Shown here one piece after another: positions 57,086 to 64,000 of a DNA stretch of 64,000 nucleotides. Where the stretch lies: positions 123,394-187,393 of IMG/VR virus record IMGVR_UViG_3300038530_003085. The stretch is one strand, 5' to 3'. The stretch's first letter is position 1. Each line of letters starts with the position of its first letter. The notes under the pieces were generated by a model. The model saw only the letters and a list, made by a program, of their open reading frames with translations. It was not told the DNA's origin and did not search any database. The position numbers and the translations under genes are program-made. This DNA is from a virus. Its lineage: Duplodnaviria; Caudoviricetes.

Positions 57086-57922
57086 TTACTCGTCAAGGTT
57101 GTAATTAAAATTTTTAAAATCTTTATAATATATTTCTTTTACAATTTGTTTATCTGAACTAGAATAAAAATCTAAATAATTTTTTTGTACTACTGAACTG
57201 TTTAACTTTGGTAGTGAATTATTTTTTAAACTTCGTTCACCAAGAATATGCCGGCATAACTCATACCAAGTTGATTGTAAGTCTTCTACTCTACCGATGT
57301 GATTGTAATTATGTTTAATAATACCTGAATCAACAAAGGTACTCTGTGAGCATAAGTGATAACGTATATGCATCAGTTCATTAATTTTATATTCTTTATT
57401 ATCTTGAGGAATTACACTTGGTAAAGTGTATGGCATAGAATATTTTAATATATTAGGATGAGATCTAATGTTTTCTTTTCCTTTGAAGTTTGAATTCAAG
57501 GGATAAAACCATTCAGGGTTTGATTTATATAAGTCATATAAAAAATTAACATAAATAGAAAATACATTTTTTATACTTTCAAGTGAATATGATTCGACCA
57601 TTTTAACATTGTGTCTTCTTTGAAAACGATATAAGAACTCAGATACTAATCGATACAGAGGATTTCTAACAACCGTAAATGAATAGTATTTATGTTTTAG
57701 TATATGAGATAAATCAGCATTGTCACTTTCAGTTAGTCGATAAATATTTTTGATTTCTTCTATATCCTGTAGAAGTGTTTGATGTTTCTCTTTCTGGCAG
57801 CCGTCGCCTAACTGAAAAAAGCTATTATCAAAAATGACATTTAATGGCTCAGTTCTAACAAGACTGGTAGTTCCCGTTTTAGGAATAGCGGTATAAATAA
57901 TTTTGTGCTTGTGATTAACCAT
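57086..57922 (-). CDS. Sulfotransferase (Sulfotransfer_2 family)
   Basis: IPKTGTTS 5'-PAPS motif, VRNP..RLVSEF 3'-PB motif, C-terminal YYKDF..FNY. Confidence 0.82.
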   Translation of the reverse strand: MVNHKHKIIYTAIPKTGTTSLVRTEPLNVIFDNSFFQLGDGCQKEKHQTLLQDIEEIKNIYRLTESDNADLSHILKHKYYSFTVVRNPLYRLVSEFLYRFQRRHNVKMVESYSLESIKNVFSIYVNFLYDLYKSNPEWFYPLNSNFKGKENIRSHPNILKYSMPYTLPSVIPQDNKEYKINELMHIRYHLCSQSTFVDSGIIKHNYNHIGRVEDLQSTWYELCRHILGERSLKNNSLPKLNSSVVQKNYLDFYSSSDKQIVKEIYYKDFKNFNYNLDE

Positions 57923-57943
57923 ACTAGATTTACAATATACTGT

Positions 57944-58897
57944 CTACATTTTTTCCTGCAGGTACCAGTCAATAGTGCTCTTGATACCTTCGGAAAGGGT
58001 AGTAGATGGAACATAACCTAATGCTTCTTCAAATTTAGACATGTCATAAAATCTTCTAGGTTGACCGTCGGGTCTCGTTGTATCCCACACAATCTCACCC
58101 TCAAATCCAACTTGCTCAGATATTGTTTCTACCAACTCTTTAATGCTGGTTTCAACACCAGTGCCTAAGTTAAACGGACCTGATTCATTAACTCTTTCTG
58201 CCATATCAATGATAGCTTGTGCAGTATCAACAGAATACAAAAACTCACGACTAGCAGTACCAGTGCCCCAAACTTCCACTTGGCTTGAGCCATTTTCTCT
58301 TGCCTCTAAAAATTTCCTAATCAGTGCAGGTACAACGTGTGATGTTTCAAGATCAAAATTATCGTGAGGGCCATACAAGTTAGCAGGCAGCAAGATAACA
58401 GAGTTAAAACCGTATTGTTCTCTATAAGTCCAAGACTGAATAATCAAGTTTTTCTTAGCCATCGAATATCCAATAGAGTTTTCATCTGGTAGGTCTCTCC
58501 AAAAGTCAGCTTCGGTATACGGCACAGCCAAGTGCTTAGGATAACCACACCCAGCGGCAAGGGCTACAACCTTTTGTGCGCCGTGCTTATATGCATAGTG
58601 CATAACAAGTGTGCCCATCATAATGTTTTTATAAAAGAAATCGCCCGGGGCCGCTTTGTTAGCGGCGATACCACCAACTTTACCAGCTAAATGTAATACG
58701 ATGTCTGGCTTGTTATCCGCAAAGTAGGAATCTACCTCGGATTCATTTGTCAAATCAACTTCTGAGCTTGTAGGACACAAAATGTCAAAGTCAACCTGTT
58801 GCCTCATTGTTTCTAAAATCTTCATAAGATTTTGACCAACGAAACCGTGACCACCGGTTACAAAAACTTTTTTACCATTCCAATATTCTTTATTCAT
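57944..58897 (-). CDS. fcl: GDP-L-fucose synthase-like
   Basis: GGHGFVG, KVGGIAAN, NLYGPHDNF, SHVVPALIRKF, WGTGTASREF, PDGQPRR. Confidence 0.88.
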   Translation of the reverse strand: MNKEYWNGKKVFVTGGHGFVGQNLMKILETMRQQVDFDILCPTSSEVDLTNESEVDSYFADNKPDIVLHLAGKVGGIAANKAAPGDFFYKNIMMGTLVMHYAYKHGAQKVVALAAGCGYPKHLAVPYTEADFWRDLPDENSIGYSMAKKNLIIQSWTYREQYGFNSVILLPANLYGPHDNFDLETSHVVPALIRKFLEARENGSSQVEVWGTGTASREFLYSVDTAQAIIDMAERVNESGPFNLGTGVETSIKELVETISEQVGFEGEIVWDTTRPDGQPRRFYDMSKFEEALGYVPSTTLSEGIKSTIDWYLQEKM

Positions 58898-59822
58898 TTA
58901 TTTTTCTCCAAAAATTAGTAATACTGTATTGTTCGACATGTTTATTAGCATCTTCAACAATATTCCAATATTTGTCGTAGTTCCTATTAATGTCATCTAA
59001 TATAATTTCAAGTTGTTTCTCGTTATCCCAATAGATAAAGTGTTTATTTGGTTCAAACCATTCTTCAATAATATTGTACTCATCTCTGCGTATCAACATT
59101 AGGCTTTTACAAGCCGCGGCTTCAACCATACGTGTTTTCATTTGGGGCATCCTGTCGCCAGTTAGCATATTGCCTACCCTATCAGAAACTTTATAATTAT
59201 TTGTGTAATAATTAATGTCTGGTTTTGCTATAGGAAATAACAAATTCATCCCGACACAAGTTTTTGTAAGAGCCAACATAGCCCACTTTTCTTCTGTAGT
59301 GACATTACGATGCGTAACGAGAGAAGCCAACCTTTGATCTAAGCCATGGTTTGAAATAGTTAGAAACTGATGATTAAATTTAGCAATTGTTTCAATCATA
59401 GGCTTGTAAAGCTGGCTATGTACTTGACCGTAATAAATTGAATCATACATTTTAATTTCTTGGTTGATGGCCTTATCTAAATCATCAAATTTCCACTCAG
59501 GATATGGGAAACAAACAGCCTCTGCATCGACTCCATTATCATTTAAAAGCTCTGCTGTAATTGGACAGATAGTGTAGAACTTAGTAAAATAACTTGCTTT
59601 TTCAATAACATCAACAGGAGTTAAAAATGCACAAGGTGAAGCAGTATCGAGAAAAACTCTATGTTTATAATGTTTATATTCTTCTTGTAAATTTAAATCT
59701 TCAAAACATTTCCATCCCCAAAAAAATACTTTATCGTCTGACGCACTTTCAAACCTATCAAAGTTAAAATAACTAACTATACAATCAGCATACTCGCCAC
59801 CTTTTGCTCTAACAACTTTCAT
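58890..59822 (-). CDS. Glycosyltransferase (GT-B, CgeB/Glyco_trans_1_2-like)
   Basis: C-terminal KTRMVEAAAC...WFEPNKHFIYW pattern. Confidence 0.65.
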   Translation of the reverse strand: MKVVRAKGGEYADCIVSYFNFDRFESASDDKVFFWGWKCFEDLNLQEEYKHYKHRVFLDTASPCAFLTPVDVIEKASYFTKFYTICPITAELLNDNGVDAEAVCFPYPEWKFDDLDKAINQEIKMYDSIYYGQVHSQLYKPMIETIAKFNHQFLTISNHGLDQRLASLVTHRNVTTEEKWAMLALTKTCVGMNLLFPIAKPDINYYTNNYKVSDRVGNMLTGDRMPQMKTRMVEAAACKSLMLIRRDEYNIIEEWFEPNKHFIYWDNEKQLEIILDDINRNYDKYWNIVEDANKHVEQYSITNFWRKINE

Positions 59823-60523
59823 TATTTACACCAAAACATTCCATAATTAACTCTGCGCTGTGGATCAAAACAAATATCTAGTTCTGACTTAAGGACTTTC
59901 CAAGAAACATATCTATTTGGTTCAACTAAGTATGGATCACCAACTTCAGAATATGTTAAGTTTTTATATTTATCACCCTCATCAAGATATCCAATGAATC
60001 CAAACTTATTATAACCTAATTTAAGTAAATGGTCAATACAGTTGTTTAATTTTTCTTGTTCCTCTTCATGACACTCAAAGCAAATCTTACCAACTTTATG
60101 ACTTAATCCAGACAAGACATTGTATTCGTATCCCTCAACATCAACTTTTATAATTTCTGGTGTTCCGTATTTTTCAATCATTTTATCTAGTGTCACAGTG
60201 TGAACTTCAGCAGTCCTTGTCCAAGAGGTGTTATTTTCTATCAAATACTTACTACCTTTTGCAAACCTAGAATTGTTCATAAAATCTTCTGATACTGTAG
60301 ACACACCATCTTGATTTAAATCCATATGAAGAGTTCGTACTTCGCCATCTTTCTCGCAGACAATATAATTTATTAATTTTAGATTTCTATAATTTTTTCT
60401 TCTAGATTTATAACAAAGGTTTATATTGGCTTCGGCTGCTACAATATTGTAGTCTGGAAATTTTTGATTGCAGGCATCAGTAAACTCTCCGTTATTGAAC
60501 CCAATATCAAATATCAATGACAT
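59822..60523 (-). CDS. FkbM-family methyltransferase
   Basis: FDIGFNNG, EAN, TLD, KVDVEGYE. Confidence 0.85.
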   Translation of the reverse strand: MSLIFDIGFNNGEFTDACNQKFPDYNIVAAEANINLCYKSRRKNYRNLKLINYIVCEKDGEVRTLHMDLNQDGVSTVSEDFMNNSRFAKGSKYLIENNTSWTRTAEVHTVTLDKMIEKYGTPEIIKVDVEGYEYNVLSGLSHKVGKICFECHEEEQEKLNNCIDHLLKLGYNKFGFIGYLDEGDKYKNLTYSEVGDPYLVEPNRYVSWKVLKSELDICFDPQRRVNYGMFWCK

Positions 60524-60551
60524 TATAACTCCTTTGTTATTAATTCAAATA

Positions 60552-61430
60552 CTAAATTAAAATCCAGTCATCTGGATAAAATTTGTACCTATGGGTATAG
60601 TCAGGCTTGTCTGGGTGGTAATTTAGCGGCGCAATTGTAGTTTTAGAATTTTCGTTTAAGAATGCAGCCCACCAGCCAAATGAGCTAACGTGAGACAATA
60701 TATTGTGATCACAGTTCATAATTAAGCTAAAGTCTTCCATCACAGTTTTATTCTCAGAGAAAATAAATTGGTCACCTACAAAACTATTTTTACACCACTC
60801 CATATCTGAAATATTATTATTGCCATTTCGGCCACCACCAGAAAAAATTAAAAACTTAACATTTTCAAATTTTGACATTGCAGTGTTTATATAATATGCA
60901 TACCTACTACTTGGACTGAGTCTAGGTGCACCCGGGGCACAATAGAAATTATTTAATTCTACTTGATCAGGTATTGTATAGTCGGTATTATCGCCTCTTC
61001 TAACGTGAATTGAAACAATTTCACAATTGTACTTTTCTCTGTATGCGTCAATTTCTTTCTTTGCAGAATCAAGGAAGTGTTGTTTGGGAGAAAGTTCTTT
61101 TTTAATTTGATCAATATGCTTTTCAAAATATGCGATTGATTGAAAATATCCCTTAATATCTAAGCCGTCACCTAGATGAAAAAAATTTTTGTCTAATTTA
61201 AAACTATTAGTTTCCGTGTATGTGTATTGAGGTTCGTAATTTTCTGGTATGTAGGACGCTTCAATATTAAAATTATCTAATAGACAATCTTGTCCGTGCC
61301 AATGCATAGTTTTAGGATTGGGTATACCAAGTTCAAACCCCTTATCCAAACTTAAAGATCGTATGGCGGCATATTGAAAAAGTTGATTGCCTAAGCGACC
61401 AAGACATCCAAGTTCAGAAAAGGTAATCAT
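60552..61430 (-). CDS. Alpha-1,2-fucosyltransferase-like (GT11)
   Basis: GRLGNQLFQYA, GYFQ, IHVRRGD, SSFGWWAAFL. Confidence 0.9.
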   Translation of the reverse strand: MITFSELGCLGRLGNQLFQYAAIRSLSLDKGFELGIPNPKTMHWHGQDCLLDNFNIEASYIPENYEPQYTYTETNSFKLDKNFFHLGDGLDIKGYFQSIAYFEKHIDQIKKELSPKQHFLDSAKKEIDAYREKYNCEIVSIHVRRGDNTDYTIPDQVELNNFYCAPGAPRLSPSSRYAYYINTAMSKFENVKFLIFSGGGRNGNNNISDMEWCKNSFVGDQFIFSENKTVMEDFSLIMNCDHNILSHVSSFGWWAAFLNENSKTTIAPLNYHPDKPDYTHRYKFYPDDWILI

Positions 61431-62041
61431 TCAACTACCTCAATATCTTTAAACAAATCAAACTCTCTTAGATCTCTGTAGAACGGCTGTTCTGGCAAGT
61501 CATCCATATGTTCAGGGTAATTTTGCATTAACATCAACCCGCGGGCTGCTTGCTCTGGTGTCATATATGCATTCCAACCATTAATTTCAATATTGTCCTC
61601 GTGATACATTACTTCGCCGCGGCCTTCATAGCGCCCCTTTCTAAACCACGCTGCTGCGTCTGCATCATCTGTGAGAATCATACCACCTTTCCCAATCTTA
61701 AGATGTTTTTTAATATGAAATGATAAACACATAAAAGAATCAGGGATATACATATCGCTTGTAAATCTTTTAGCAGCATCGTAAATTGGATATGGCTCAA
61801 GTTGATATATTCCTTGCCAGCGGTAATCTTTAAATTTAACAGTGCCGCCGGCATGCATAATAGATTGTGGTACCGACAGATAGGTTCTGGCAGGTATTGT
61901 TACTTCTTCGACACTCAAGTACTCACAACATAATAGGAGGGCGTCAGTGCAATTGTCAGTGGATACAGCATACTTAGATCCGCAATAGTCTGCTACAGTT
62001 TCTTCAAACATTTTTACAATTTTATATGGATTGTGGCGCAT
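61427..62041 (-). CDS. Short DegT/DnrJ/EryC1/StrS-family aminotransferase
   Basis: FEETVADYCG..AVS..NCT.AL, DAA, SFHIKKHLKIGKGG PLP-lysine motif. Confidence 0.8.
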   Translation of the reverse strand: MRHNPYKIVKMFEETVADYCGSKYAVSTDNCTDALLLCCEYLSVEEVTIPARTYLSVPQSIMHAGGTVKFKDYRWQGIYQLEPYPIYDAAKRFTSDMYIPDSFMCLSFHIKKHLKIGKGGMILTDDADAAAWFRKGRYEGRGEVMYHEDNIEINGWNAYMTPEQAARGLMLMQNYPEHMDDLPEQPFYRDLREFDLFKDIEVVE

Positions 62042-62044
62042 ATT

Positions 62045-62866
62045 TTACTCCTCTACGTAAGCACGTATTACAACGTTGTTATCCCAAACATCGGGTAAGC
62101 GATCTTGCCAAAATCTATCATCTTTCAGTTTTTGTATAGCGCTTTCTTCAACTCCCCATTCACTCTTTAAAAAGTTTTCATATTTTATAACTTCGTCTGG
62201 ATCGTCAAAATAAAAACGCTTCACTTCATCTACAGTATAATCAGGATTGATACTTTTTAAAAAATCTTTTATTTCGTCTTTACGACTCCAATTATCAGGA
62301 GAATCAATATCTAAAAATAAGTTGTGATTTTTAATATGATGCTGCTTGATAACTTCTAATTCGTGAAATAATGGCTCTTTACCTGCAATTGGTGACGCAG
62401 TGCTAGCGATTCCTTCAGCACTAGATACATGACCATCTAGCCAGAAGCTTAATTTGGTGTTGATTTGTGGTAATACCTGCGGTAATACAGCACAAGAATC
62501 ACCAAGAAAGTAATTAAGTTTAAAAATCAGATTACCGTCATCATCTCTAAGCCGAAACAAACATTGGTTAGGGTTAATCACGCAATCAGCATAATTATTT
62601 TGTCTCATTACATCACACATATTTTTAATATTAATAGAGTAAAGTTCTTTATCAATTTCAATTGAATAAATATTTTGAACACCTTTTGATAGTGCAGCCA
62701 ACACACCTGCACCCAAATAAGTTCCAGACTCAAATAATGTATTGTTTATAATGTTATCCCAAAAACAGTAATTATTACTGAGATAGCTTTCTCTTAGATA
62801 TGCATCATTAATTAGCGGGACTAAATTTATGCCCTGACTACCAGGTTCAACTTCATAATTATTCAT
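62045..62866 (-). CDS. Methyltransferase-like protein
   Basis: Likely start 62866 with a GGAG SD; FESGTYLG, SIEID, GDS, FWLDGH. Confidence 0.6.
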   Translation of the reverse strand: MNNYEVEPGSQGINLVPLINDAYLRESYLSNNYCFWDNIINNTLFESGTYLGAGVLAALSKGVQNIYSIEIDKELYSINIKNMCDVMRQNNYADCVINPNQCLFRLRDDDGNLIFKLNYFLGDSCAVLPQVLPQINTKLSFWLDGHVSSAEGIASTASPIAGKEPLFHELEVIKQHHIKNHNLFLDIDSPDNWSRKDEIKDFLKSINPDYTVDEVKRFYFDDPDEVIKYENFLKSEWGVEESAIQKLKDDRFWQDRLPDVWDNNVVIRAYVEE

Positions 62867-63257
62867 TTTCTTTCTCCAAAATATAATATTTTTTTCTAAA
62901 TCCACAACGCTCAAATAGTTTTATACTTGCTTCATTATCAAGTTTTACCTTGGCAAATGCAGTAGGGATAATTTTCATTATTTCATTAATCATAAAAGTG
63001 CCAACACCTTTACCTTGGTAATCAGGATGAGTTGCAACTCTAATGTCGTCATCAATTACCCCGACAAAACCTGCAGGTGTGTCGCTATCCAAGCAAATCC
63101 AGTAATTAGAGTTATATTTTAACATATACGTGGCTTGCTCGATAGGTGTAATATCTTGCTGAGATATAAATCCCTGACTTACACCTTGCATTGTTCTTAG
63201 TTCTCTGATGAATTCCCAATACTCTGGACCATTTCTTACTAGCTCATATTTTGCCAT
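62859..63257 (-). CDS. GNAT acetyltransferase
   Basis: HPDYQGKGVG, NEASIKLFERCGF. Confidence 0.85.
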   Translation of the reverse strand: MAKYELVRNGPEYWEFIRELRTMQGVSQGFISQQDITPIEQATYMLKYNSNYWICLDSDTPAGFVGVIDDDIRVATHPDYQGKGVGTFMINEIMKIIPTAFAKVKLDNEASIKLFERCGFRKKYYILEKENE

Positions 63258-64000
63258 ACATCAACCTGTGAACTAAACGGGCTATTTGCATTCAGCCAAT
63301 AACTGGTTAGATAGCCTCTTGTGTGTTTCCAACCTTCTAGATCAAGTAACGGGTTCAAGCAACTTCCAATATCAATAAATGTATTGTTTGAATTATTCTT
63401 GTAACACTCATAAGTTATAACATTACTTAAGCTTGCGGCAGAACATAAAATAATATAATCTCTTACTTCATTATTGTCAATATACACTTTTATCTCTTCG
63501 GCCAAATTGTAATCGTTTATCATACAGTTTGAGCCAACTGCAAAATGTTTTTTAACTTCAAAAGGCAACTTTGAGATATTTGCTTTTTTATTAGCAACGT
63601 ATATGATATCTCTCTCAACAAACAAAGGAACCATTTCCTCGATGAATCTTTTATAATTTGCATTTATCAACAAATTTGAAAATGTAAGATTTTTATGATC
63701 GCCACCGTGTTCTTTAATCATCCAATTAAAATTTTCATCTCCAACGTGTGGGTCAGTACCAGTGCAAATACCTTTGAAGAAATTATCTTGATTATGCAAG
63801 TAGCATTCTAATAATTTTTCTTTGAAAAAGCCATGCTTTTCGGGTATAAATTCTTTCTGTTCTTCTTCAGTGTATATGTTAGGGCCTTTTATATCACCGG
63901 TGACATAGTGGTCGTTAGCCAAAATAACTGTCTTATTCTGTAAAATAAAAAGCTCACCATCAGAAAAACGAGTGAACGCAAAATTTTCTTTATTCTTAAT
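63239..64000 (-). CDS. GT-D fold (DUF1792-like) glycosyltransferase, 5'-truncated by the window edge
   Basis: Frame open to 64000: IKNKENFAFTRFSDGE... and C-terminal FIDIGS, both GT-D hallmarks. Confidence 0.7.
   Translation of the reverse strand: MKNKENFAFTRFSDGELFILQNKTVILANDHYVTGDIKGPNIYTEEEQKEFIPEKHGFFKEKLLECYLHNQDNFFKGICTGTDPHVGDENFNWMIKEHGGDHKNLTFSNLLINANYKRFIEEMVPLFVERDIIYVANKKANISKLPFEVKKHFAVGSNCMINDYNLAEEIKVYIDNNEVRDYIILCSAASLSNVITYECYKNNSNNTFIDIGSCLNPLLDLEGWKHTRGYLTSYWLNANSPFSSQVDVWQNMS

Noticed and set aside
1339-58367. All plus-strand ORFs and short nested minus-strand ORFs in the track (e.g. 3819-4298, 8412-8627, 24857-25144)
   Set aside because: They are antisense or frame shadows of well-supported minus-strand genes, with no recognisable motifs.
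1-64000. Alternative genetic code (TAG/TGA recoding) as in some large phages
   Set aside because: Multi-kb ORFs are intact under code 11, and TAG and TGA both terminate genes at stop/start junctions.
1-64000. CRISPR array, tRNA/rRNA, IS elements, introns/inteins, DGR
   Set aside because: Intergenic gaps are under about 60 nt; no spaced repeats, transposase, RT or intein motifs were seen by eye.

Overview
A 64-kb, AT-rich, densely coding fragment of a large (jumbo-type) tailed phage with a contractile-tail baseplate. Every credible gene is on the minus strand, with frequent stop/start overlaps and standard code 11. In transcription order (right to left) there are four blocks. (1) 51.7-64 kb: about 18 nucleotide-sugar and glycan-decoration genes (GT-D, GNAT, short DegT, GT11, FkbM, GDP-fucose synthase, sulfotransferase, epimerases, split HldE, RmlB). 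(2) 48.9-51.7 kb: an FmdB-type zinc ribbon, a gp55-like sigma factor and a lone cytochrome c oxidase subunit II fused to cytochrome c. (3) 12.3-48.9 kb: a baseplate/tail module (amidase, spike-like protein, gp25, baseplate J, a 3713-aa LamG protein, tail-collar-like paralogs). (4) 0-12.3 kb: RuvC-like resolvase, UvsE, primase, a fused Mre11-Rad50 (SbcDC), a tubulin/FtsZ-like protein and a putative holin/spanin cassette. The best candidates for undescribed biology are five otherwise unrelated proteins sharing an N-terminal 'MKITxxxLKxIIxEE...LxE' tag (possible capsid-packaging and protease-release system), heavy [ST]-[GAS]-[ST] enrichment in a subset of tail proteins alongside the glycosylation cluster, and the orphan CoxB. 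Two promoter classes are visible: TTGACA-N17-TATAGT and a putative late motif ACTATTTA. All functional calls come from motif recognition by eye; no database searches were run.
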